Position numbers and translations under genes: made by a program. DNA of 64,000 bases, taken from the NCBI GenBank assembly GCA_018715045.1, contig DVMH01000027.1, positions 6,306 to 70,305 on the forward strand, written 5' to 3'. Shown piece by piece: positions 18,298 to 27,803 of this stretch; the first letter of the stretch is position 1; every line of letters starts with the position of its first letter. The notes beneath the pieces were generated by a model, which ran no database searches, had not been told where the DNA came from, and saw only the letters and a list, made by a program, of their open reading frames with translations. This DNA comes from Candidatus Avidehalobacter gallistercoris (lineage in GTDB: Bacteria > Bacillota > Dehalobacteriia > UBA4068 > UBA4997).

Positions 18298-19511
18298 ACG
18301 GGCAGATCCCTTACATTATCGGCGTGGGGCCGGGCAGCCCCGGCTTCTTATACCCCATTGCCAAGGATTTGATCGACCGCGCCGATATCGTTATCGGCGG
18401 GCGGCGGCAGCTGACGGAATTTGCACCGAACGCGCCGGAAACAGTGGTAATAGACAAGGGATTATCCTCCATTCTCGCCTTAATCGAGTCAAAATGGCGC
18501 GAAAAACGGCTGGTAGTGCTGGCCTCTGGCGACACCGGGCTGTTCAGTATCCGAGCCTATCTGCAAAACCGCCTGCCTGACGTGCCGTTTAAAGTGCTGC
18601 CGGGCATAAGCTCGCTGCAATGCCTGCTGGCGCACTGCAACGCCAATTTGAACGATTTGAAAATCATCACGCTGCACGGCGCGGCTGACGCCAATCTGCA
18701 AAACACAGTTATGATGAACCCGCTAACGGCCATTTTCTGCGGCGGCGAGAACACACCGCAAAGCATTGCGGCGAAACTTACACGGCTGAAATTTGCCAGC
18801 CTTTGGCTCACGGTTGGCGAAAACCTGACCTATCCGGAGGAGCGCGTATCCTGCGGCAGCCCGGCGGATATTGCCCAGGGAGATTTCAGTGAATTAAGCG
18901 TTATGCTTATCAAAAACAACGATCCCGCCAGCCGTCCCTGGCCGTATTTGCCCGCAGGTATTGCCGACGAGGCCTTCACCCGCGGCAATGTGCCGATGAC
19001 CAAAAGCGAGGTGCGGGCGGTCATCACCGCCAAGCTCCATCTGACGCCGCAAAGCCGCCTGCTGGAGATTGGCTCCGGAACCGGCTCAGTCACTATCGAA
19101 GCCGCTCTGGCGGCATATAACGGCAGCGTTATCTCTCTGGAAAAAAACCCAGCGGCAGTAGCGCTCTGCCGTGAGAATTTGGCTCGCTTCGGACTTGATA
19201 ACGTAAAGTTAATTGAGGGCGAGGCTCCGGCGGCAATTCCGGAGGACGCTATATTTGACCGCGTTTTCATCGGCGGCAGCGGCGGCAATCTGGCCGATAT
19301 TATAAAAAGCCTGGGCGAAAAACCGCTCCGCGCTGTCATCTCTGCCATCACGCTGGAATCCGCCGGCGAGGCGCTGACGGCACTGCAGGATTGCGGCTTC
19401 AGCGATATTGAAGCAGTGCAGATAACGGCAGCCCGGAGCCGCCCGGCAGGCTCAAAGCACTTAATGCTGGGGCTGAACCCCGTGACGATCATCAGCGGTG
19501 AGAGAAAATGA
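18294..19511 (+). CDS. cbiET: Fused cobalt-precorrin-7 (C5)-methyltransferase / cobalt-precorrin-6B (C15)-methyltransferase, decarboxylating (CbiE-CbiT)
   Basis: 405 aa. The N-terminal half is tetrapyrrole-methylase-like (YIIGVGPGSPGFL). The C-terminal half is a SAM-MTase (MTKSEVRAVITAKL...LLEIGSGTGSVTIEAA). ATGA overlap with cbiD. Confidence 0.85.
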   Translation: MNGQIPYIIGVGPGSPGFLYPIAKDLIDRADIVIGGRRQLTEFAPNAPETVVIDKGLSSILALIESKWREKRLVVLASGDTGLFSIRAYLQNRLPDVPFKVLPGISSLQCLLAHCNANLNDLKIITLHGAADANLQNTVMMNPLTAIFCGGENTPQSIAAKLTRLKFASLWLTVGENLTYPEERVSCGSPADIAQGDFSELSVMLIKNNDPASRPWPYLPAGIADEAFTRGNVPMTKSEVRAVITAKLHLTPQSRLLEIGSGTGSVTIEAALAAYNGSVISLEKNPAAVALCRENLARFGLDNVKLIEGEAPAAIPEDAIFDRVFIGGSGGNLADIIKSLGEKPLRAVISAITLESAGEALTALQDCGFSDIEAVQITAARSRPAGSKHLMLGLNPVTIISGERK

Positions 19512-20581
19512 GTAATCTGAGGGAAAATAACAAAATCGCCGTCATCGCCCTGACGCAGGGCGGCTGCCGCACGGCGCTCCGCCTACGTGAACTTCCTGCC
19601 GACGTTTATCTGAAAGCAAGGGCGGAGGCAAACGGCGATACGGCGGACACGCATATTTTTGACTGCCCGCTGGCCGAGCTTTTGGCAAAGATATTCCCCC
19701 GCTATGGCGCTTTCATCATGGTGATGGCGGCAGGCATCGCAGTGAGGCAGTTTGCGCCCTATGTGCGCCACAAAACCTATGACCCGGCGGTGCTGGTGAT
19801 AGACGAGCAGGCCAGTTTTGTCATCAGCCTGCTTTCCGGCCATCTGGGCGGAGGCAACGCTCTCTGCCGCCGCGTATCAGAACTGCTCGGCGCCACTTCG
19901 GTCATCACCACCGCCACCGACGTCACCGGTAAGCCAGCCTTTGATTTGTTGGCGCAGGCCAATCATTGCGCCATAGCTAACATCGCAGCATTGAAACATA
20001 TCAGCGGAGCGCTGGTGAACGGTGAACAAGTGGCGGTTTTAAGCGATATTCCCCTGGCCGAGCCGCTGCCGCCGGATATCTGCCGGGCAGAGGAAGCACA
20101 GAACGCGCGCAACCTGGTCTACATTGGATATCAGACGGCAACACCGGCGACACGTTTTAAACACGTTCTGCGGCTGATACCGCAGAATCTGGTGCTGGGC
20201 GTGGGCTGCAAACGCAATACCCCGGCCGAAGATCTGCGTCGGGCGCTGGACCAATTTCTTGCGGCACACGGCATTAACCCGCTGGCTATCAAAGCAATCG
20301 CGTCTATCGACCTGAAAAAGGACGAGCCAGCCTTGCTGGCACTGTCAGCGGAATATAAGCTGCGCTTCCGCACGTTCAGCGCAGCAGAGCTGGCAGGCGT
20401 ATCTGCCCAAATTACGGCGGACAGGAAATCGGCCTTTGTGACCAGTATCACCGGCGCCCCCAGCGTGGCGCAGGCAGCGGCGCTGCTGGCCGCCGGCGGC
20501 AAAACCTTAGTACCCAAGGAGATTTACCCCGGTATTACATTCAGCCTGGCGGCAACGCCAATGACTTTCCGCTGGCAATAA
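19508..20581 (+). CDS. cbiG: Cobalt-precorrin-5A hydrolase (anaerobic pathway)
   Basis: 357 aa. Motifs: VISLLSGHLGGGNALCRRVSELLGATSVITTATDV and LVLGVGCKRNT ... SIDLKKDEPAL. Confidence 0.85.
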   Translation: MSNLRENNKIAVIALTQGGCRTALRLRELPADVYLKARAEANGDTADTHIFDCPLAELLAKIFPRYGAFIMVMAAGIAVRQFAPYVRHKTYDPAVLVIDEQASFVISLLSGHLGGGNALCRRVSELLGATSVITTATDVTGKPAFDLLAQANHCAIANIAALKHISGALVNGEQVAVLSDIPLAEPLPPDICRAEEAQNARNLVYIGYQTATPATRFKHVLRLIPQNLVLGVGCKRNTPAEDLRRALDQFLAAHGINPLAIKAIASIDLKKDEPALLALSAEYKLRFRTFSAAELAGVSAQITADRKSAFVTSITGAPSVAQAAALLAAGGKTLVPKEIYPGITFSLAATPMTFRWQ

Positions 20582-20598
20582 TAATAAGGAGAATGATT

Positions 20599-21342
20599 AT
20601 GCAGAAATTTTACGTTGTGGGCATCGGGCCCGGCAGCCCTGAACAAATGACGGAGCAGGCAAAAGCTGCTCTGGCCGAGGCCGACGTTATCGCCGGATAC
20701 GGCGCGTATATCAAGCTGGTACAGCCGCTTTACCCTGATAAGGAGTACCTGCAAAACGGCATGACAGGCGAAGTAAAGCGATGCGAGCTGGCGCTGGCGG
20801 AGGCATTACAGGGCAAGACCGTTGCAATGGTGAGCAGCGGCGATGCGGGCATTTACGGCATGGCTGGGCTGATACTGGAGCTAGCGCAGGACTTGCCGGT
20901 CAAGGTCGTCGTGGTGCCGGGTATTACGGCAGCAGCCAGCGGGGCGGCTCTGCTCGGCGCACCACTGATGCATGACTTTGCGGTAATCAGCCTGTCCGAC
21001 CGGCTGACCGAATGGCAGCTGATCGAAAAACGACTGGCAGCGGCATCTTCCGCGGATTTCAACATTGTAATTTATAACCCCAGAAGCCATGGACGGCCGG
21101 AACATTTGGCCAAGGCGCGGGAAATTATGCTGCAATACAAAAAGGCGACAACGCCTGTCGGTATCGTCAAAAACATCGGGCGCGAGGGCGAGCACACCAT
21201 AGTCACCACATTGGCCGGTCTGGACACTGAGCAGGTAGATATGTTCTCCACTGTGTTTGTCGGCAACAGCCAGACATACGTCTGGAACGACAAAATCATT
21301 ACTCCGCGCGGCTATCAGGGAAAGCGCGAGAACAATGACTAA
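20599..21342 (+). CDS. cbiH: Cobalt-precorrin-3B (C17)-methyltransferase
   Basis: The ORF track starts at 20593. ATG 20599 has better spacing from AAGGAG (20586-20591). Motifs: FYVVGIGPGSPEQMT...ADVIAGYGAYIKLV, VSSGDAGIYGMAG and IVIYNPRS. Confidence 0.9.
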   Translation: MQKFYVVGIGPGSPEQMTEQAKAALAEADVIAGYGAYIKLVQPLYPDKEYLQNGMTGEVKRCELALAEALQGKTVAMVSSGDAGIYGMAGLILELAQDLPVKVVVVPGITAAASGAALLGAPLMHDFAVISLSDRLTEWQLIEKRLAAASSADFNIVIYNPRSHGRPEHLAKAREIMLQYKKATTPVGIVKNIGREGEHTIVTTLAGLDTEQVDMFSTVFVGNSQTYVWNDKIITPRGYQGKRENND

Positions 21343-22090
21343 GCTGTTGGTGGTAGCTGGCACAGCAGACGGCGCCGCGTTCATTGCCGCCCAGCCGGAG
21401 GATACTCAGATAACCGCCACCACGTTCAGCCAGCTGGGCGCCGCCTGCCTCCCCCCCCGCCCCGGTCTGAAAACTGTTTCCGGCGCGCTGGACGAGGCAG
21501 GATTTGCCCGCCTTATCGCGGCGGAACAACCCAATTTTCTGGTCGATTTAAGCCACCCTTTCGCAGTGGAAGTGAGCGCCAACGCCAAGGCGGCGGCGCA
21601 AAGCCAAAATGTGCCATACCTCCGCTATGAACGGGAAACAGCGGAGGAAGCCGGGGCACATGTTATTCGCGCGGCTGATTTTTCCTCGGCGGTAGCTATC
21701 CTCCGTGATATGCCCGGCAGTATTCTGCTGACGGTGGGCAGCAAAACTCTACCCCAATTTATGGATCTGCCGGATTTTCACACCCGCGTATATATGAGGG
21801 TGCTGGCCGAAAGCCGCATACTCCGGGAGCTGGAGGAGCTAAATATCGACCCGGCTCACATCTTCGCTATGAAAGGTGTGGCGACGGCAGAGCTAAACAT
21901 AGCGCTGGCGCATTACTGCAATGCTTCCGTTATCGTCTCCAAGGATAGCGGCAAGGCTGGCGGGCTTGATGAAAAGCTGGCGGCGGCCAGGACTCTGGGG
22001 ATTCCGCTGCTGAAAATCGAACGCCCCAAGGCGGCAGGCAGAACATATGCCAGTTTTGCGGCGCTGAACCAGGTCATATATAACAGATGA
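21335..22090 (+). CDS. cbiJ: Cobalt-precorrin-6A reductase
   Basis: The ORF track opens at 21257 inside cbiH. The ATG at 21335 (MTKLLVVAGTADG) is the plausible start. Motifs: LVDLSHPFA and VIVSKDSGKAGGLDEKLAAA. Confidence 0.85.
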   Translation: MTKLLVVAGTADGAAFIAAQPEDTQITATTFSQLGAACLPPRPGLKTVSGALDEAGFARLIAAEQPNFLVDLSHPFAVEVSANAKAAAQSQNVPYLRYERETAEEAGAHVIRAADFSSAVAILRDMPGSILLTVGSKTLPQFMDLPDFHTRVYMRVLAESRILRELEELNIDPAHIFAMKGVATAELNIALAHYCNASVIVSKDSGKAGGLDEKLAAARTLGIPLLKIERPKAAGRTYASFAALNQVIYNR

Positions 22091-22117
22091 ATTTTTTAAG
22101 AAAGCGAGGAAAAAGCC

Positions 22118-23497
22118 ATGGCCAAAGCAGCCTTTATGCTGGCGGCGGCAGGAAGCGGCAGCGGCAAAACCACGTTCGCCTGCGGGTTGATGACGGCGCT
22201 ACGCCGGCAGGGATTTGCCGTACAGCCGTTTAAGGTGGGGCCGGATTATATCGACCCTATGTATCACACGGCGCTCTGCGGCCGCCCCTCCCGCAATTTG
22301 GACAGCGTTATGCTGCCGGAGGAAACATTGCGCCATCTTTTCAACAAAAACGCCGCCGATGCTGATATAGCGCTGATTGAAGGCGTGATGGGGCTGTTCG
22401 ACGGCTTATCGCCCAAGAGCATTTACGGCAGCTCTGCCGATATAGCCCGGATTTTGGACTTACCGGTGCTGCTGCTGGTGAACGCACGCGGCATGGCGCT
22501 TTCGGCAGCGGCGCTGGTAAACGGCTTCCGCGATTTTGCTCCCGGCGTCAAAATTGCCGGCGTACTGCTGAACAACGTTAAATCGGCCATGCTTTTCCGT
22601 TATCTTAAGGAAATTATTGAAGCAAACTGCCAGATCCCGGTGTTGGGCTGGCTGCCGCATGATCCGGCTTTCGCCCTCTCCGAACGGCATTTGGGGCTTT
22701 ATTGCAGCGGCGAGTATACCGACCTCACCGCCAAATTCGACAAGGTAGCCGGCTGTCTGCTGGAAAACTGCGACTGGCCTGCTCTGCTTGCCGCAGCGGC
22801 GTATACGCCAAAATACGCGCCGGAACCGCCTCTCCCCGCGCCGCTCGCCCAACCCGTGCGGCTGGGTATTGCGCAGGACGCGGCGTTTAACTTTTATTAT
22901 CAGGACAATATTGACTTGTTAGAGCAACTGGGAGCGGAAATTGTTCCATTCAGCCCGCTGAAAGACGCATCGCTTCCTCCAGTGGACGCGCTGTATCTCG
23001 GCGGCGGTTATCCGGAGCTTTTCGCGGCAGCACTGGAGGCCAACGCCGGGTTCCGTGCCGACATTGCCGCAAAACTCGCGGCTGGTCTTCCCTGCTACGC
23101 CGAGTGCGGCGGCTTTATCTACCTGGGACGCACGCTTACCTATCAAAATGCTACATATCAAATGACGGGGTTCTTCCCATTTAATTTCGCCATGACCGAC
23201 CGCTTGCAGCATTTTGGCTATATGCAGGCAGAAATAACAGCAGGCACGCCGCTTACCGGGAACGCGTCTGGAGCAATAACCGGACATGAGTTTCATTATA
23301 CCAAGCGAGTGGACAAGGCAGACTATCCACCGCGCTATCAGGTGAGCAAACCTGGCAAAAACCAATACTGGCAGGAGGGCTATCAGCGCGAAAACACGCT
23401 GGGCGGCTATCCGCACTTCAATTTCTGGGGAAATCCTCAAATGGCCAAAAATCTGCTGCTGGCTGCAGCGGCCTATCAACAAAGGAGGCGTCAGTAA
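22118..23497 (+). CDS. cbiA: Cobyrinate a,c-diamide synthase
   Basis: 459 aa. Motifs: AAAGSGSGKTTFACGLM, KVGPDYIDP, EGVMGLFDG and the GATase-like AECGGFIYLG. Confidence 0.95.
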   Translation: MAKAAFMLAAAGSGSGKTTFACGLMTALRRQGFAVQPFKVGPDYIDPMYHTALCGRPSRNLDSVMLPEETLRHLFNKNAADADIALIEGVMGLFDGLSPKSIYGSSADIARILDLPVLLLVNARGMALSAAALVNGFRDFAPGVKIAGVLLNNVKSAMLFRYLKEIIEANCQIPVLGWLPHDPAFALSERHLGLYCSGEYTDLTAKFDKVAGCLLENCDWPALLAAAAYTPKYAPEPPLPAPLAQPVRLGIAQDAAFNFYYQDNIDLLEQLGAEIVPFSPLKDASLPPVDALYLGGGYPELFAAALEANAGFRADIAAKLAAGLPCYAECGGFIYLGRTLTYQNATYQMTGFFPFNFAMTDRLQHFGYMQAEITAGTPLTGNASGAITGHEFHYTKRVDKADYPPRYQVSKPGKNQYWQEGYQRENTLGGYPHFNFWGNPQMAKNLLLAAAAYQQRRRQ

Positions 23498-23498
23498 A

Positions 23499-24764
23499 GT
23501 GCAAATTTCCGTTTTGGGCATCGACCACCGCGCGGACGCGGCTATTCGTGAAAAAGCAGCGTTTTCGGAAAGCCACAGCCTGGAATTTTCTTCCAGACTT
23601 CTGGCAGGAGGCGCAGCAGAAACAGTTATACTCTCCACCTGCAACCGCAGCGAGATATATTACCTGCAAAACACCGACGATGAGCTGAAACTTTCACGTG
23701 TAAACCGGGATTTCCGCCGTCTGTATATCGATTATTTTAAACTGGCCGACCATCATAACATGGTCTACCAGCTATCCGGCGAGGCGGCTATACGCCACAT
23801 TTTCCGCGTAGCGGCAGGATTGGAATCAGCCGTGATCGGCGAGGACGAAATACTGCGTCAGGTCAAGGAAGCATACGAGTTCGCCCACAACTTCCACAAC
23901 ACCGACAAATATTTCAACCGCCTGTTTCAAGAGGCCATCAAGTGCGCCAAAGAAATCAAAACCAGCCTGAAAATTTCGGAGATCCCTGTCTCCACAGGCT
24001 ATATCGGCCTGAAATATCTGGAAAAGGAATCCGGTGGCTTTGAGGGCAAAACAATGCTGCTGCTGGGCTTTGGCGAGATCGGCAGGCTATTCCTGCAATA
24101 TGCCAAGGACAGGCCTCTTGCCAAAATTATAATCTGCAACCGCAGCGCTGCCGCTGCTCGAGCCGCCTGCCGGGAGCTTAACAATGTGGAATATCAGCCC
24201 AGCAACCGTGCGACGGAACTTGTAAGCGAGGCCGACCTGCTGGTGGCAGCCACCTCCTGCCCGCACGTGCTGCTGAAAAAACAGGATATGCCGGCCAGAG
24301 AAACACCCTGCTATATGCTGGATATGGCTATTCCCCGCAACATAGACGAAACAATTGCGGAACTGCCCAATTATCACGTCGCCAATATTGACGTTTTAAA
24401 GCAGCAGGCTGCGGCCGGTCTGGCCGAACGCGATGCACTTTCCGCCCGCGCCGAGGCAATGATCGAACAGTATCTGGCCGATTACAAGGCGTGGGTGGCA
24501 CATTCCGGACAGGACAACGTGATCCAGTCTCTGAACAACTCGGTGGATGAGATTGCCGAGGCGCATTTAGAATACCTGTTCCGCAAGATATCAGTCAGTG
24601 AACGCGAACAGAAAATCATCAGCCGCACGCTGCAATCAGCCCTCCGCAAAGCTGTACAGAACCCGATTTTAAGTCTGAAAGCAATGGACGACCCGCAAAA
24701 GCGCGAGCATTATTCGCAAGTTTTGCAGGAATTGTTTGAAAATGAACAACGGCAGGCGCGTTGA
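23499..24764 (+). CDS. hemA: Glutamyl-tRNA reductase
   Basis: 421 aa with a GTG start 1 nt after the cbiA stop. Motifs: ILSTCNRSEIYY, GLESAVIGEDEILRQVK and an NAD-binding LLLGFGEIGRL. Confidence 0.9.
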   Translation: MQISVLGIDHRADAAIREKAAFSESHSLEFSSRLLAGGAAETVILSTCNRSEIYYLQNTDDELKLSRVNRDFRRLYIDYFKLADHHNMVYQLSGEAAIRHIFRVAAGLESAVIGEDEILRQVKEAYEFAHNFHNTDKYFNRLFQEAIKCAKEIKTSLKISEIPVSTGYIGLKYLEKESGGFEGKTMLLLGFGEIGRLFLQYAKDRPLAKIIICNRSAAAARAACRELNNVEYQPSNRATELVSEADLLVAATSCPHVLLKKQDMPARETPCYMLDMAIPRNIDETIAELPNYHVANIDVLKQQAAAGLAERDALSARAEAMIEQYLADYKAWVAHSGQDNVIQSLNNSVDEIAEAHLEYLFRKISVSEREQKIISRTLQSALRKAVQNPILSLKAMDDPQKREHYSQVLQELFENEQRQAR

Positions 24765-24778
24765 CACGGGAGAATATC

Positions 24779-25435
24779 ATGCATACACCGTTATTTATCA
24801 ACATTTCCGGCTGGCCGGTTTTGATTATCGGCGGCGGCGCTATCGGCGCACGCAAGGCAGCGGAGCTTGCAGCAGGTGGAGCGGTGATAACGCTTCTGTC
24901 CCCCCGGTGTGACAAGGCCGCCTGGAGCCGCATTCCCCACACAAGGCGAGAAGAAGCTTTCGACCCTGCCCACCCGGAGATTTTACATGGGTTTCGGCTG
25001 GTCATCGCTGCAACAGACAACAGAGAACTGAACAGTGAAATTGCCCGGCTGGCGCGGGAGCAAAATCTGCTCTGCAATGTCGCCTCCGCCGCGAACGAGG
25101 GCAATGTAATACTGCCAGGCGTTATTAAAAGCGGCGGCATCACCTTGGCTATCTCTTCTGGCGGGCAAACGCCATTTTTGACCAGACACTTAAAGCAGGA
25201 AATCACACCGCTGCTTGCCGCTTATGACGAAACAACGGTGAAAAGGCTGGGAACAGTGCGCCGCCTGATTGTCACAAAATTGGCGGCGGACACGGACGCT
25301 AAACGGAGGCTTTTGACCAAGCTTACCAATACGCCAGCCGACCGATTTAACGCTATATGGAATGCAAAGAAAGGAAACTGCGATGAAATTATTGATTGGC
25401 TCCAGAGGGAGCAAGCTGGCGCTGACACAAACTGA
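24779..25435 (+). CDS. sirC: Precorrin-2 dehydrogenase / sirohydrochlorin chelatase family protein (SirC / CysG N-terminal-domain / Met8-like)
   Basis: ~218 aa from ATG 24779 (the ORF track opens at TTG 24761). Rossmann motif VLIIGGGAIGARKA. Also has LVIAATDNRELNSEIA. The 3' end overlaps hemC by ~53 nt. Confidence 0.75.
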   Translation: MHTPLFINISGWPVLIIGGGAIGARKAAELAAGGAVITLLSPRCDKAAWSRIPHTRREEAFDPAHPEILHGFRLVIAATDNRELNSEIARLAREQNLLCNVASAANEGNVILPGVIKSGGITLAISSGGQTPFLTRHLKQEITPLLAAYDETTVKRLGTVRRLIVTKLAADTDAKRRLLTKLTNTPADRFNAIWNAKKGNCDEIIDWLQREQAGADTN

Positions 25436-26279
25436 ACAGGTAGCTGCGTCCATCCGCGCCGCTAATCCCGGGCTTGCCACTGAAATTATCGTCATTAAGA
25501 CACAGGGCGATCTGATATTAGACAAGCCGCTGAACGAACTGGGCTCTAAGGGAGTATTCGTGCGGGAAATTGAGGAGGCGCTTCTTTCCGGCCAAATTGA
25601 CCTGGCAGTACACAGTCTGAAAGATCTGCCCGCCGAGCAGCCGCCGGGTTTGACATTAGCCGTAACGCCACGCCGGGAAGACCCCCGCGATTTTCTCGTC
25701 TGCTTCGGCGGTGAAAAGTGCCTGGCAGATCTTGCTCCAAATAGTGTTATCGCTACCGGGAGCCTGCGCCGTATCGGCCAGCTGCAAGCGCTTCGTCCGG
25801 ATATCACATGCGCCCCCATGCGCGGCAATGTGGAAACACGGCTGCGCAAGGCCAAAGAACAGGGATTGCAGGGCGTATTGCTGGCGGCAGCCGGGCTAAG
25901 CCGTTTGGGGCTGATTGACAAGATCGCCGGTTTTGCGTTGGAGCCGCAAGACATGCTGCCCGCCCCGGCGCAGGGTATTTTGGGACTGGAAACGCGGGCA
26001 GACGATACAGCAACGCAAAAGCTATTGCTGCCTCTGCATGACGAGGTAAGTCACCGTCAAATGCTGGCAGAACGCGCCTTTCTTAAGTTCACCGAGGGCG
26101 GCTGCCACGCGCCGATAGGCGCATATTGCGAAATTAGCAACGCAAGCTTTACGCTTTGCGGCTTCTTCCAGACTGACCGCGGCCTGCACAGGAAAACGAT
26201 CAGTGGACGGTACGGCGAGGAAGCAGCGGCAGGCGCCAAGCTGGCGCAAAATATCAAGGAGATGATTGCCAATGAATGA
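25383..26279 (+). CDS. hemC: Hydroxymethylbilane synthase (porphobilinogen deaminase)
   Basis: Starts at MKLLIGSRGSKLALTQTEQV (ATG 25383, after an AAGAAAGGAAA RBS). Motifs: IKTQGD, VHSLKDLP, RGNVETRL and GGCHAPIGA. Confidence 0.95.
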   Translation: MKLLIGSRGSKLALTQTEQVAASIRAANPGLATEIIVIKTQGDLILDKPLNELGSKGVFVREIEEALLSGQIDLAVHSLKDLPAEQPPGLTLAVTPRREDPRDFLVCFGGEKCLADLAPNSVIATGSLRRIGQLQALRPDITCAPMRGNVETRLRKAKEQGLQGVLLAAAGLSRLGLIDKIAGFALEPQDMLPAPAQGILGLETRADDTATQKLLLPLHDEVSHRQMLAERAFLKFTEGGCHAPIGAYCEISNASFTLCGFFQTDRGLHRKTISGRYGEEAAAGAKLAQNIKEMIANE

Positions 26280-27780
26280 ACAGAAACCCGGTAAGGTTTA
26301 TCTGGTGGGCGCCGGCCCCGGTGATTTTGGCCTGATCACACTGAAAGGGCTTCAAGCCATAGAACAAGCCGAAGTGTTGGTGTATGACCGCCTAATCAAC
26401 GAAAATCTGATTTACCGTGCTCCCGAGACCGCCGAAAAAATTTACGTGGGCAAGCAGGCTGCCAACCACGCTCTGCCGCAGGACAAAATCAACGATCTGC
26501 TGTATCAAAAGGCTGCTGCGGGCAAAATTGTGGTGCGGCTTAAGGGTGGCGACCCTTACGTCTTTGGACGTGGCGGCGAAGAGGGCATATATCTCGCCGA
26601 GCGCGGTATTCCGTTTGAGGAGATTCCCGGCATCACCTCCTGCATTGCGGGGCCGGCTTACGCTGGTATTCCGGTGACTCACCGCGAATGTGCTTCCTCT
26701 TTCCATGTGTTCACTGGCAATTTCAAAGACGAACTGCGCGGACTGAACTTCCCTAATCTCGCCGCGCTTGAGGGCACTCTTATTTTCCTGATGGGCTTTG
26801 GCAACCTGCCCTACATCACGCAGGGTCTGATATACGCTGGCAAACCAGCCGCAACACCCGTGGCCGTCGTAAGTCATGCCACACGCAGCGACCAGCAGAC
26901 TGTCTGCGGCACCCTCGCCGATATTGAGCAAAAGGTTAAGGAAGCCGGGCTAACGCCGCCTGCCATCACCATCGTTGGTGATGTGGTAAATTGCCGTGGC
27001 CAGCTTAACTTCTTTGAGCAGAGACGATCACCCGGCGTGCTGGTTTTGCGAGACGCACGGCAGAGCAGTCCGTTTGCCAAAATGCTGCGCGGCGCTGGCT
27101 TTCGACCGGTCATCTGCCCGGTTATCCGTATTGAACCACTGGGTTTAACACCAAAGCTCCAGGACGCAATAACCAACATCTGCCGCTACACCTGGCTTGT
27201 CTTCACCTCGCCCAACGGAGTAACGCTGTTCTTTCGCCAATTCTTTGCAGCGGGCGGCGATCTGCGCCAGATGGCCGGGCTGAAGTTTGCCGCTATCGGC
27301 AAGGCTACGGCGGAAAATCTGCAAAAAAACGGTTTCCGGGCTGATTACGTACCAAACAGCCAAATCAGTGATTCGCTGGCGAAAGGGCTGACCGAAAAGC
27401 TGACAGCAAACGACTGCGTACTGCTCCCTCGGAGCGCAATTGCCAACAATAATATGGTGCCAATGCTTGCCGCCAAATGCCGGGTGGACGACGTGCCGCT
27501 TTATGATACCGTGGTGCAGACCAGCTGCCGGAATGAGCTTAAAACACTTATCACCTCCGGCGAGGTGCGCTACATTCCGTTTACCAGCGCATCCACTGTG
27601 GACGGCTTTTATCAGGCTATTGGCGGGGATCTGTCAATCCTCGCGGACGTTAAATGCGCCGCCATCGGCCCCGTCACGGCAAAGCGTATGCAGGAACTCG
27701 GCATAACTCCTGCTCTTACAGCGTCAGAACATAGTCTGGACGGAGTGCTGGCCGTATTAAAAGAGGACACACAAAATTAA
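26272..27780 (+). CDS. cobA/hemD: Fused uroporphyrinogen-III C-methyltransferase / uroporphyrinogen-III synthase
   Basis: ~502 aa. The N-terminal half is SUMT (KVYLVGAGPGDFGLITLKG...VLVYDRL, RLKGGDPYVFGRGGEE). The C-terminal ~250 aa is HemD-like (WLVFTSPNGV..., IPFTSASTV). Confidence 0.9.
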   Translation: MNEQKPGKVYLVGAGPGDFGLITLKGLQAIEQAEVLVYDRLINENLIYRAPETAEKIYVGKQAANHALPQDKINDLLYQKAAAGKIVVRLKGGDPYVFGRGGEEGIYLAERGIPFEEIPGITSCIAGPAYAGIPVTHRECASSFHVFTGNFKDELRGLNFPNLAALEGTLIFLMGFGNLPYITQGLIYAGKPAATPVAVVSHATRSDQQTVCGTLADIEQKVKEAGLTPPAITIVGDVVNCRGQLNFFEQRRSPGVLVLRDARQSSPFAKMLRGAGFRPVICPVIRIEPLGLTPKLQDAITNICRYTWLVFTSPNGVTLFFRQFFAAGGDLRQMAGLKFAAIGKATAENLQKNGFRADYVPNSQISDSLAKGLTEKLTANDCVLLPRSAIANNNMVPMLAAKCRVDDVPLYDTVVQTSCRNELKTLITSGEVRYIPFTSASTVDGFYQAIGGDLSILADVKCAAIGPVTAKRMQELGITPALTASEHSLDGVLAVLKEDTQN

Positions 27781-27803
27781 TATAGAAAAGAGATTTTTCA
27801 GCC

